Part shown: positions 8,223-17,392 of the stretch, in pieces | Layout: the number at the start of each line of letters is the position of its first letter | Position numbering within the stretch: the first letter of the stretch is position 1 | Source: Treponema sp. | GTDB taxonomy: Bacteria > Spirochaetota > Spirochaetia > Treponematales > Breznakiellaceae | Direction of reading: 5' to 3' | DNA: 64,000 nucleotides | NCBI GenBank assembly: GCA_009782495.1 | Contig: WRIX01000001.1 | Coordinates: 4,583-68,582, forward strand | Translations under genes and position numbers: made by a program | Notes under the pieces: generated by a model | Databases searched by the model: none | Seen by the model: only the letters and a program-made list of their open reading frames with translations | Told to the model about the DNA's origin: nothing

Positions 8223-9392
8223 ATGGACAACCGCCATTATTTTTTTACTTCAGAATCGGTCGGAGAAGGCCATCCTGACAAACTATGTGATCAGGTATCA
8301 GATGCAATACTGGATACCTGTCTTAAAGATGATCCGCAAAGCCGGGTAGCCTGTGAAACATATGCATCCACTTCATTGGTTCTTATCGGGGGGGAAATTA
8401 CTACAAAAACCTTTGTAGACTTTCAGGACATTGTCAGAAAAGTAGCGGAAGAAATTGGTTATACTCACCCCGACTACGGGCTGGACTTCCATTCTATGGC
8501 AGTACTGGATATGATCCATAGCCAATCGCCGGATATCAGCCAGGGTGTTTCCGGCACAGGCTTAAAAAAATATAAAGGCCAGCAGGGCGCCGGGGACCAG
8601 GGAATGATGTTTGGCTTTGCCTGTAATGAAACAAAAGAATTAATGCCTCTGCCAATAACCCTGGCTCATAAGATACTTATTACTGCAACAAAACTGCGGA
8701 AAAATAAAACGATCAAGTGGCTCCGGCCCGATGCAAAAAGCCAGGTAACGGTGGAATACGAAGGATACAAACCCGTGCGTATTGATGCTGTGGTTGTTTC
8801 CCACCAGCATGATCCTGATGTCTCTTATAAAGATATAGAGAAAGAAGTAATCGAAAAAATTATCAAACCGGTACTTGAACCGACAGGATTGCTTGATTCC
8901 AAAACCAAGTATTATATTAACCCCACGGGTCGTTTTGTTGTGGGAGGTCCATTTGGCGATACAGGTCTTACCGGCCGTAAAATTATTGTGGATACTTACG
9001 GCGGCATGGGCCGTCACGGAGGAGGCGCATTCTCCGGCAAAGATCCAACCAAAGTAGATCGTTCCGCCGCTTATGCAGCCCGTTATGTGGCAAAGAATGT
9101 TGTCGCTGCAAAACTGGCAGATCGCTGCGAAGTTGAGTTGGCTTATGCAATTGGCGTTCCCTTCCCTGTTTCAATAATGGTGGAAACCTTTGGCACTTCC
9201 TCTGTTCCGGAAAAGAAGATCGAAGAAGCTATAGGAAAGGTATTCGATCTTAGTCCCGCAGGGATCATCAAAACTCTGGATCTGCGCCGGCCCATTTACC
9301 GGAAAACCGCTTCCTACGGACACTTTGGCCGCAGTGAATTCCCCTGGGAAAAGACAGACAAAGTCGAAGAACTAAAAAAAGCAATCAAGTAG
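8223..9392 (+). CDS. metK: S-adenosylmethionine synthetase
   Basis: [23 protein letters not shown] and [16 protein letters not shown] are canonical MetK motifs. 389 aa. Confidence 0.97.
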   Translation: MDNRHYFFTSESVGEGHPDKLCDQVSDAILDTCLKDDPQSRVACETYASTSLVLIGGEITTKTFVDFQDIVRKVAEEIGYTHPDYGLDFHSMAVLDMIHSQSPDISQGVSGTGLKKYKGQQGAGDQGMMFGFACNETKELMPLPITLAHKILITATKLRKNKTIKWLRPDAKSQVTVEYEGYKPVRIDAVVVSHQHDPDVSYKDIEKEVIEKIIKPVLEPTGLLDSKTKYYINPTGRFVVGGPFGDTGLTGRKIIVDTYGGMGRHGGGAFSGKDPTKVDRSAAYAARYVAKNVVAAKLADRCEVELAYAIGVPFPVSIMVETFGTSSVPEKKIEEAIGKVFDLSPAGIIKTLDLRRPIYRKTASYGHFGRSEFPWEKTDKVEELKKAIK

Positions 9393-9438
9393 CCGGGCTT
9401 TTTTGAAAAACTGAAGTTTTAATAAAACCTCAGCCGTA

Positions 9439-9467
9439 TTGACATTCGATCTGAGTGGTGTTATGGT
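9439..9467 (+). promoter_or_regulatory. Sigma-70-type promoter for the tRNA
   Basis: TTGACA (9439-9444), 17-nt spacer, TATGGT (9462-9467), about 17 nt upstream of the tRNA 5' end. Confidence 0.6.
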
Positions 9468-9483
9468 TTATCTCTGAAATAAT

Positions 9484-9557
9484 GAGGTTGTAGCTCAGCT
9501 GGATAGAGCAGCAGATTGCGGATCTGCAGGTCGCACGTTCAAATCGTGTCAGCCTCA
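9484..9557 (+). tRNA. tRNA-Arg, anticodon GCG (hand-folded)
   Basis: Acceptor GAGGTTG/CAGCCTC. D arm GCTC-AGCTGGATA-GAGC. Anticodon stem GCAGA/TCTGC with loop TTGCGGA. T arm GCACG-TTCAAAT-CGTGT. Discriminator A. CCA is not encoded. Confidence 0.85.
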
Positions 9558-9570
9558 GTAAACAGGTTAT

Positions 9571-10587
9571 TTACCCGGCGGAATATTCCGGCGGCGGTTG
9601 ATCAATTACGGTAACACGGCAAGCCCTGTAACGAAGCTCTCCTTCCCGTTTAGAGCGTTCTGTATCCTCTTCCAGCTGGTACTTTACTGTCATACCAGTC
9701 TGAAGTTCGGAAAAATCCTTGTTGGTAAGAGTACTGTAATGAAAAAAAATGTTATTCTGGCTTTCATCTTTAATAAACCCAAAACCATTGGCATTCAGGC
9801 TGATAATTACAGAAATACTTTCAATCAAATTTCGTTGGGAAGAAAAAAAGGCCGGAATATCATAATCATTTTTTGATTCAGAACCGGGAATTTCATTGTC
9901 AAGTTTAAGGTTTAGCTGATGGCCGTAATTACGCTCATAGCCTTTGTCGGGGACAAAGAGATTTTTTACATAATCATTGCCATTTTGATCCATTCGCTGG
10001 TGCATGGGTATGGAGAAGAATACTTCATCCTGTAATTGCCGGGAAGCTCTTGTCTCTACAACATCACCGCTTTCATTGTGATAAGAAAAATCCCAGCTTA
10101 TAAGCATTACCTGGGTTCCCAGGGTATGGAGTTTCCTGACCAGCGGAACATAATCCCCGTCTCCTGCTACAAGGACAAGAATATCAAAATGTTTATAAAT
10201 CGCAAGTTCATACGCTTCCAATGCAAGCCAGACATCTATGCCTTTTTCCTGTGCAACATTATTTTCATTGAAACGCAGTGGAAGGTAATGGGTAACAATG
10301 TTTTCACGCATCAGGATATCTTCAAAAACCCGCTCGCTTTGTACCTTTTCGCCCATTTCCCTTGCCGAGGAACGGCCTTTAAAGTAATGAGCATCAATTA
10401 TCTGGCATTGTCTGATATCCAGTCCTACCAGCTGAGCAACTTCAAATTTAATAAAATCATGAAGTCCCGAAATACTTATTCTGGCTTTTTTTTCATGCTC
10501 GTATTTATAAAAATTGCTTACTTTGTAAAAATAATAGCCATCATAAAAAATACCTATTCGCAATACTTCCAGTAGATTATTATTCAC
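9571..10587 (-). CDS. NYN (LabA-like) domain protein with C-terminal cold-shock domain
   Basis: VLVAGDGDYVPLV is the NYN/LabA motif. C-terminal NGFGFIKDE...IFFHYS is a CSD RNP-like motif. Confidence 0.75.
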   Translation of the reverse strand: MNNNLLEVLRIGIFYDGYYFYKVSNFYKYEHEKKARISISGLHDFIKFEVAQLVGLDIRQCQIIDAHYFKGRSSAREMGEKVQSERVFEDILMRENIVTHYLPLRFNENNVAQEKGIDVWLALEAYELAIYKHFDILVLVAGDGDYVPLVRKLHTLGTQVMLISWDFSYHNESGDVVETRASRQLQDEVFFSIPMHQRMDQNGNDYVKNLFVPDKGYERNYGHQLNLKLDNEIPGSESKNDYDIPAFFSSQRNLIESISVIISLNANGFGFIKDESQNNIFFHYSTLTNKDFSELQTGMTVKYQLEEDTERSKREGELRYRACRVTVIDQPPPEYSAG

Positions 10588-10640
10588 AATTTAAGTAAAA
10601 TGGATTAACCTTATTTAGTCAAGGGGCCGTTGTTAATTTT

Positions 10641-11558
10641 ATGTTAAGTGTACGAATATGGGGCGACCGGGGTTCTATTCCATGTCCCGGAATAAACACA
10701 GTTTTTTACGGCGGAAACACTTCCTGTCTGGAAATTCGTGCTGATGAAAAACTCGTAATCGTAGATTTGGGCACAGGAATAAAACCGCTTGGGGACTTTC
10801 TTATGGCCAATGACTTTAAAAAAAAAGGCTGTGTCGATGTAGACATTTTTATTTCCCATACTCACTGGGATCATATAATGGGCTTTCCTATGTTCACTCC
10901 GATTTTTATACCAACCACCCGTATGCGTATACGGGGACCTGTTTCCTACGAGGACGAGACCCTGGAACAAATAATAGGCGCCCAGCTTTCTTACCGCTAT
11001 TGGCCTGTTCGCATTGATGAGCTTTCCGCCCATATTGAATATGCACAGATAAAAGAAACATCCATAGAATTGGGGGACGGGCTTTGTGTTACCACAAAAT
11101 ACTTAAACCACCCAATACTTTGCCTTGGCTACCGTTTTGAATACAAGGGAAATTCAATTGTTACAGCTTACGACAATGAACCGTTTCGCAACCTCTTTCC
11201 TACAGATCCGGAAGATCCCGATTACGATGAAGATGCCGCCAGAGAAGGAGAAGAAGCAGCCAAAGAAGAAAACAAAAAACTCCTTAATTTTTTTCAGGGT
11301 GCTGATGTATTAATCCATGATACGCAATATACTGCCGCAGAATATAAGAGTCATTTGGGCTGGGGACATTCATCCTATGAACATGCTATCAATACCGCAA
11401 ACAAAGCAAAAGTTAAAAAGCTGGTCTTTTTTCACCATGACCCAAACCGTACTGACGAACAACTGAAAAATCTGGAATACAACTACCAAAAGCGCATAGA
11501 CGGAAAAACAGATATGCAGATCATGATGGCCAGAGAAGGGCTTACCATCGAAGCATAA
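10641..11558 (+). CDS. MBL-fold metallo-hydrolase
   Basis: ISHTHWDH motif (HxHxDH), with further His and Asp residues downstream. Confidence 0.8.
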   Translation: MLSVRIWGDRGSIPCPGINTVFYGGNTSCLEIRADEKLVIVDLGTGIKPLGDFLMANDFKKKGCVDVDIFISHTHWDHIMGFPMFTPIFIPTTRMRIRGPVSYEDETLEQIIGAQLSYRYWPVRIDELSAHIEYAQIKETSIELGDGLCVTTKYLNHPILCLGYRFEYKGNSIVTAYDNEPFRNLFPTDPEDPDYDEDAAREGEEAAKEENKKLLNFFQGADVLIHDTQYTAAEYKSHLGWGHSSYEHAINTANKAKVKKLVFFHHDPNRTDEQLKNLEYNYQKRIDGKTDMQIMMAREGLTIEA

Positions 11559-11585
11559 AAGCAAATTGAGGTTTGCAGAAATAGT

Positions 11586-12275
11586 TTAAAAACCATACAC
11601 CGATTCTGTGTTGTGAGTGTCTATTAAGATAATTCTTGTTCCGTCTTTTGATGTTTTTTCGGTAATTTTTCTGACAGGGGTGTGACCAACAATCTGGCTG
11701 TAACCGGGAAGATAATTGCTTTCGAGCGATCCGGGCCTGACCCAAATAGGACTTTGTGTAATGTCATCACCGTAAATATTGTGGCCGTTAAATTTCAGAA
11801 TATTTCTGTCAACATCAAATGCACTGTTTATGTCCTCCGGTTTAACCCCTCCAATTGATTTAAGAAACCAGGAAGTAACCCCGGCATGAGAAATAATATA
11901 TTTATCTTCGGTTACATAAACAATCCGCAGAAGATCGATATTTTCTTCCAGAACAGCGCATATTTTTTTACTGTTGTGATCCTGATACCCAGAATAAAAT
12001 TGGTTGCGGATTCCGTTTAAATAATGATAGTCGTGATTTCCCAAACACATCCTGATACGGCTATCCGCTCTTGCCACTTTACAGATATCTGTAAAGTTGT
12101 TGTATTGTTTTAAGAACGGAATATCATAACTGTCAAAATAATCACCGGTAAAATAAAATTCTTTAAAATCCTTTTTTATAAACGATTTCCAGAAATGTCT
12201 GCCATGAACGTCCCCTATGGCATAACGCGGAAGACCGGAACAGGATAACGTTGCCGGTTTTTGCTTGCTAATCAC
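11586..12275 (-). CDS. Metallophosphoesterase (Ser/Thr phosphatase-like)
   Basis: GDVHG, GDYFD and GNHD motifs. Confidence 0.8.
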   Translation of the reverse strand: MISKQKPATLSCSGLPRYAIGDVHGRHFWKSFIKKDFKEFYFTGDYFDSYDIPFLKQYNNFTDICKVARADSRIRMCLGNHDYHYLNGIRNQFYSGYQDHNSKKICAVLEENIDLLRIVYVTEDKYIISHAGVTSWFLKSIGGVKPEDINSAFDVDRNILKFNGHNIYGDDITQSPIWVRPGSLESNYLPGYSQIVGHTPVRKITEKTSKDGTRIILIDTHNTESVYGF

Positions 12276-12754
12276 AATTTAAATCGTTCGGAGAATTCCT
12301 TTAAATGACTTCCTATAAAAAGGGCGCCATAACCTGTAATTACAACTCCCGTAATAATTCCCAAAGGAAGAAGAAATGAAGATCCCTCATCCAGGGCAAT
12401 ACTGGTAAAATCCTGACCGAAAAACACTGTGGTTAAAGAAAGGAGCAGAATAATCCCTGCAAATATCCAGCCTCTAACAGAAAAACCGCCTGTGCCAAAA
12501 AAATGTTCTTCTGCTTCTTCATCAAAAGCCGATTCATCGGTTTCCTGATATATGGAATTCATTATTGAATTGCTGAAATCGGGGGAAGAAGGAAAAAAAT
12601 TAGCCTGCAGTAAAGAACGTGTTTTTGCGTAATTATCCAGATGAAGGGCACAATGCCCGCAGAAGATAATATGAAATGCCAAATTCAGTCTTTTTCCCAG
12701 CGGAAAAGGCGGGTCAGCTTCGTAAACCGTATCAAGAACATCATCGCATTTCAT
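12272..12754 (-). CDS. Membrane anti-sigma factor (zf-HC2 type)
   Basis: ATG 12754 preceded by GGAG. CDDVL...HIIFCGHCALHL zinc-finger anti-sigma motif plus transmembrane segments. Immediately downstream of the ECF sigma gene. Confidence 0.65.
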   Translation of the reverse strand: MKCDDVLDTVYEADPPFPLGKRLNLAFHIIFCGHCALHLDNYAKTRSLLQANFFPSSPDFSNSIMNSIYQETDESAFDEEAEEHFFGTGGFSVRGWIFAGIILLLSLTTVFFGQDFTSIALDEGSSFLLPLGIITGVVITGYGALFIGSHLKEFSERFKL

Positions 12755-12790
12755 TTTTTTCTCCTTCAATAACATATTCGCTATCGCACA

Positions 12791-13390
12791 TTAAAGATTA
12801 TCGTCCAGTTTTTTTCTAAGCAGCTTCTTGGCTCTGAATACATGGGATTTTACGGTGTTTTCCTGAAATCCCGTTATCACCTCAATCTCTTTGATTGAGC
12901 AGTCATAAAAAAAATACAAATCGACGCAAATCCGGTATTTTTCCGGCAATTCCGCTACTGCAGAACGGATTGCCTGGGAAGCGGCAGTTTTCAGAAGCTG
13001 CTGCTCCGGACTTTCTTCCGTTAAAGGATCCTCCGCCAGACTGTGGTATTCTTTGCGGCGATTAATGTTATTTACCGCCGTGTTGTAGGCAATACGGTAC
13101 AGCCAGGTAGAAAACCGCGAATGCCCGCGGAACGAAGCAAGGCTCCTGTAGCAACGGATAAATACATCCTGAGTATAATCTGCCGTATCCTCCTCGTTAT
13201 GAAAAAAACTCATGCCCATAGCATAAACCTTCTGCTGATATTGCTGTATCAACAGACGGAATAATTCCTTTTCTCCCGACAGGATCTGTTCCACCAGCAG
13301 GCTTTCTTCTCCCAAAAGTCCGCTATGTTTTCTGGTGAACCTTGCGGCTTGGCCGAACAATCCGGAAGAGCCATGCTCTTTTCCGTTCAT
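12791..13390 (-). CDS. ECF-type RNA polymerase sigma-70 family factor
   Basis: Region 2 DYTQDVFIRCYR...FSTWLYRIAYN. Region 4 EIEVITGFQENTVKSHVFRAKKLL. Confidence 0.85.
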   Translation of the reverse strand: MNGKEHGSSGLFGQAARFTRKHSGLLGEESLLVEQILSGEKELFRLLIQQYQQKVYAMGMSFFHNEEDTADYTQDVFIRCYRSLASFRGHSRFSTWLYRIAYNTAVNNINRRKEYHSLAEDPLTEESPEQQLLKTAASQAIRSAVAELPEKYRICVDLYFFYDCSIKEIEVITGFQENTVKSHVFRAKKLLRKKLDDNL

Positions 13391-13722
13391 GAACTGCGGT
13401 CGCTGCGTTTAATTACATAATATGCAAGGAGTCCTGTCCCCATAGACAAGGGGATTATGCCCCCCAAAAGCCCATAACCGGTGTTTTTCATAACAGTCAA
13501 AAAAACTGTAAGGCTAATCCCGACACTTAAGAGGAGTAACCCGGTTAAAAGACTAAAGGAAAGAAGGTCGAAATCAGGTTTTTGGTACTGCCCCGCTTTA
13601 ATCATCAGAACCCTGCGGCGGTGGTGCCATAACAGATAAAAAAACACCACTATTGAACCCATGACAATACCGACAATGGGAATAATGGCGATAATTACCT
13701 GTGAGGCCGACGATTTGATCAA
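13387..13722 (-). CDS. Small membrane protein, first gene of the ECF operon
   Basis: 111 aa with three predicted transmembrane helices. Its stop overlaps the sigma gene start by 4 nt. Confidence 0.55.
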   Translation of the reverse strand: MIKSSASQVIIAIIPIVGIVMGSIVVFFYLLWHHRRRVLMIKAGQYQKPDFDLLSFSLLTGLLLLSVGISLTVFLTVMKNTGYGLLGGIIPLSMGTGLLAYYVIKRSDRSS

Positions 13723-13821
13723 CTTGTTCCTCCTGAACTACTGAGCTAACGCCCGGTATTACTTTAACCCGAAAATACCCTTCCGTCTACATTAGACCCC
13801 ATAAAATTTAATAATGTTGCA

Positions 13822-14730
13822 CTATGATAACTTTCCCGCTATTACCCTGTTATATCCTGCAAGATCCTGATACATTACCGGCTCAGAAAAACCACTGTCT
13901 TTCATCAGGATGGCTATCGTTTCCATTTGGGAAGGATCCGCTTCCAGTGCAATATATCCGTTTTTATCCAGATATAAAGGCGCTTTAACGATGATTCGCC
14001 GTATCAAGTCCAGACCGTCAACACCGCCGTCCAGGGCAATACGGGGTTCGGCCTTTACCTCAGGCGACAACAAGTCTATTTCACCGGATGGAACATAGGG
14101 AGCATTGGCAGCAATAAGAAAAAAACGTGACCGTTTTTCCAGAGCATCAAATAAATCACCCTGCAAAAAAGCGATCCCGCAGTCCAGTGTTTCTGCATTT
14201 TTACGGGCAACTGCCAAAGCTTCTTCCGATACATCAGTTGCCCAGACTTCCAAAGCGGGACATTTATGTTTAAGCGCAATAGCAACCGGCCCGCAACCGG
14301 TGCAAAGATCAAGAACCGGAAATGAAACATTGCGAAGGGCCGCACAGTCGCTGAGTACAGGCCCGGAGCGAAGTATGGATAAAACTGCTTCGACAAGGAT
14401 TTCGGTATCAGGTCTGGGAGTAAGTACCGCAGGCGTAACGGTAAAATTCAATCCAAAAAATTCTTTTCGTCCCAGAATATATGCGATGCTTTCTCCTCTG
14501 CACCTTCTTTCCAATAATTCAAAGTAATGCCTGCGTTGTACTTCGCTTAATTCATAATCATTATGGGTAATGAGTTTTTCACGGGAAAAACCTGATGCTT
14601 CCGCAAGGAGCAAGGCTGCGTCAAGGGCGTGTGAACTAACATTTTTGGAAACAAGGATACGCTTTCCCTTGATTAACAGATCTTCTATGCAATTAGATTT
14701 GGTATTCTGAAGCACGATCAATACAGTCAA
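13822..14730 (-). CDS. prmC: Release-factor glutamine N5-methyltransferase PrmC/HemK
   Basis: LDLCTGCGPVAIAL (SAM motif I), IAANAPYVP (variant of NPPY), EPRIALDGGVDGL. Confidence 0.8.
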   Translation of the reverse strand: MTVLIVLQNTKSNCIEDLLIKGKRILVSKNVSSHALDAALLLAEASGFSREKLITHNDYELSEVQRRHYFELLERRCRGESIAYILGRKEFFGLNFTVTPAVLTPRPDTEILVEAVLSILRSGPVLSDCAALRNVSFPVLDLCTGCGPVAIALKHKCPALEVWATDVSEEALAVARKNAETLDCGIAFLQGDLFDALEKRSRFFLIAANAPYVPSGEIDLLSPEVKAEPRIALDGGVDGLDLIRRIIVKAPLYLDKNGYIALEADPSQMETIAILMKDSGFSEPVMYQDLAGYNRVIAGKLS

Positions 14731-16084
14731 GATAAGTTGCTTCCATATCCTTCATAGCATTGGCAACAGCTTCTTTTTTATTCTTTTTATATTCCGGAAG
14801 CCGCTCAGTCAGGTTAATGGAAGTGCCAATTTGAATAAGCAAACGCTTGGGATGAACATTCAGAACCCGGTTTGAATAGGCTCCGCCCATAGTCCGGTTG
14901 GCAAAATCCCAGAGGTTTTGAGCATACTCGATTTTTACATAAAGGGGATCGTCCTCGGCGGGTACCGGTACCCTGAAATACCAGACAAAATCTACCAGTT
15001 CCATGTGACGGCTGGCATGCCACGCTTCACCTGCATTAAGATCCAATAGAGCCCGTTCCAACAGCGTCAGATGATCCAGACTGGTAACATCGGAGATAAC
15101 CATTCTGTCCCAGGTAACCTGCCTTATCAAATACAGCCGATCAAAAAGTTGATTGCTTTTAGGTTTTATTCCCAGGATGTTTTCAGCTCTGGTCAGAGCG
15201 GCTTCCATAACTACATCTACACGCTCGGCAAAAATTTGATCTTTTGGAGAAGTAATGGCGTATCGTTTTTCATTTTGTTCCAGGATAAAATCTCTGGCGC
15301 GTCTGAGCCTTTCGGTAAAACCTGCTCCATCATTTTTAAATCCGGTGTATTTTTCGATTTTTCTGATGAGCTTGTTTAAAGACCACCGGCCCATACTTCC
15401 ATAACGGAAATGAATGGAAATGGGGAGTATTTCTACAGGACAATTAATCCCTTTTTTCTCAAGCCGTTCCACAGCCTGGAAACCTATGCGGACGGTACCC
15501 TGTTCAAGGCGGGGTACTGATTCGGTGGTATAGCTTACCTGTCCTTCCGGGGCAATTGCCAGCGGGTAAGACCCATTGGTTACGGCCTTAAAAATTCTGT
15601 TCATTCCGGCAGTATCCATCTTGGAATGGTGAATCGGCATTGACCCCAACCCGGGCATAATCCAGCGGGCAATGGGTCCTCCCCAACGGGCTACTTCATA
15701 ACCGTATACAAACGATACATAGGGTTTTTTAGATAATTTTATGCCTTCCATCCAGGCTTTGCGGCGGAGAATAAAAAGTATAAACCACATTAAAATTTGA
15801 GCTTCCCCTCCGTTGGGGTGGCGAAAGGCAAGAATACACCGGCTTTCTCCTGCCAAAGCTCTTTTATATGCTTCATAAAAAGAACGGCCGTTTCGTATGA
15901 CTATTCGTGCAATACCCAAGCCAAAGAAAAGATAAAATCGACCCAATAAAAAGCAGACAACGAGAACAAATTTGGAAATATGCGGTTCCCGCATCTTACG
16001 ATCCGGAGATGCGGCATTAACCGGCATCATATAAGGTTTGTACACTTTCGTTATGATGATACACCCTGGAAAAAAGAGATTCAA
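14693..16084 (-). CDS. Lysophospholipid/glycerol-phosphate acyltransferase family protein
   Basis: FRHPNGGE is an H(x)4[DE] block and IAPEGQVS is block III. N-terminal transmembrane segment. Start is uncertain; an alternative ATG is near 16030. Confidence 0.65.
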   Translation of the reverse strand: MNLFFPGCIIITKVYKPYMMPVNAASPDRKMREPHISKFVLVVCFLLGRFYLFFGLGIARIVIRNGRSFYEAYKRALAGESRCILAFRHPNGGEAQILMWFILFILRRKAWMEGIKLSKKPYVSFVYGYEVARWGGPIARWIMPGLGSMPIHHSKMDTAGMNRIFKAVTNGSYPLAIAPEGQVSYTTESVPRLEQGTVRIGFQAVERLEKKGINCPVEILPISIHFRYGSMGRWSLNKLIRKIEKYTGFKNDGAGFTERLRRARDFILEQNEKRYAITSPKDQIFAERVDVVMEAALTRAENILGIKPKSNQLFDRLYLIRQVTWDRMVISDVTSLDHLTLLERALLDLNAGEAWHASRHMELVDFVWYFRVPVPAEDDPLYVKIEYAQNLWDFANRTMGGAYSNRVLNVHPKRLLIQIGTSINLTERLPEYKKNKKEAVANAMKDMEATYLDCIDRASEYQI

Positions 16085-16108
16085 GCTATCGCTGTGTTGT
16101 TACAGTAA

Positions 16109-17032
16109 TTACTCCAGTTTAACAGTCAGGATTAAGCAGGTCTTTTCGCTGGCTCTGTCCTTTCCAACAGTTACATTTGACCGCCGGTAGCTTTGTAATG
16201 GCTGATTATCGCCTCCATTGTCATTTACTTCAACATTCCATTTGGCGCTGTCAATTCTTGATCCGGTAAAATTATCATAAAAAATCAATATGCCTTCTTC
16301 ATTAAAGACCCGTACAAAATCAACATACAGAGCGGTTTGAAAGTTGTTCTTCTCATTCAGGGCGCTGATTTCGCTTATCGTGTCCCGGCCGACAATTCCC
16401 GTATATTCCCCGCCTGCTGCCAGGTCAATTACAATGGAAAAAGGCTTGCAAAAGTACTTTTCCAGCTCAGGGGTAATTTCCATTTCAAAGTATGGCTTTA
16501 CGTGTTCCCGCTGTTCCGCAGGCACTTTGTCCAAATCCAGGTACGTTCTGATCCATTTCCGGTTCCAGATCACGGTAACTAAATGAAAATCGCCTAACTG
16601 TAACCTATACATATTGGTCTTGAAAACAGTATGGCTCAGATGCCCTTCGCCCGGCTGCAAAGACCCCCAGTTGGCAGCCGCACTAAAGAGTTTGTCCTGA
16701 GTTCCCGCTTTAATACCCGAAAAGTGCCCCATCTCAAAAAGCCGGATTTCACCGCAATCCGGCCAGGGGGTCTTTCCGTAATCGGCGCCAATAAGCCCCA
16801 GGGCAGGCCAAAGACCGTCTGCGGTATGGGGAATCTTTACATTAATATCAAGACGGCCGTACTGGAAACTGAATTTTCCCAGAGTGCTCACCTTGCCGGA
16901 AGTAATGGTCTGGGGCGGTGTACGGGGTGATTGCCCGTAAACCGCCGCTGCTGTTATTACAAAGAGTGTGCAGAAAATGGCAATTTGACGTATGGAACCT
17001 TTTATAGAAATCATTATGTATATAATAAACAA
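16109..17032 (-). CDS. GH16-like (laminarinase fold) secreted protein
   Basis: FQYGRLDINVKIP, GLWPALGLIG and WPDCGEIRLFE align to the GH16 WPAxW...GEIDIxE region. Signal peptide present. Confidence 0.7.
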   Translation of the reverse strand: MFIIYIMISIKGSIRQIAIFCTLFVITAAAVYGQSPRTPPQTITSGKVSTLGKFSFQYGRLDINVKIPHTADGLWPALGLIGADYGKTPWPDCGEIRLFEMGHFSGIKAGTQDKLFSAAANWGSLQPGEGHLSHTVFKTNMYRLQLGDFHLVTVIWNRKWIRTYLDLDKVPAEQREHVKPYFEMEITPELEKYFCKPFSIVIDLAAGGEYTGIVGRDTISEISALNEKNNFQTALYVDFVRVFNEEGILIFYDNFTGSRIDSAKWNVEVNDNGGDNQPLQSYRRSNVTVGKDRASEKTCLILTVKLE

Positions 17033-17158
17033 AAATACAAAAAAAATCGAGCCTCTGAAAAGGCACGGAGAATATGAGAAGAATTTCCCGCAAAAACGCC
17101 AAGCCGCAAAGGAAGAATTTCACACACTCGATTTCTTCGGTTGCTTTGGCACTACGAG

Positions 17159-17240
17159 GCAAACGTTTACCTTGTGAAGTAAACGTCCACCGTTTTATTG
17201 CAAATGCCCATCGTTTAGAGGCAAATATTCACCGTTTTCG
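17159..17240. repeat. Four ~21-bp direct repeats in the divergent GH16 / ptsI control region
   Basis: Units start at 17159, 17179, 17200 and 17221: GCAAACGTTTACC, GTAAACGTCCACCGTTTT, GCAAATGCCCATCGTTT, GCAAATATTCACCGTTTT. Confidence 0.7.
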
Positions 17241-17392
17241 CCTGTAAGCAATGACAATGTTAATCTTTGCTAATTGCTAACTGCTCTTTGTCTATTAATC
17301 CCTTCTTCCTCTTTGCGATCCCTGCGGCTCTGCATGAAGCATTCTTCACGGCGGCCATTGAAAAAAAGTCTATTTGGCGGTATTTTTTCTAC

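Noticed and set aside
17267-17392. Long N-terminal extension of the ptsI ORF
   Set aside because: EI homologs begin at the MEILSGI..PGIAIGKAF-type N-terminus. The extension lies in the divergent promoter region.
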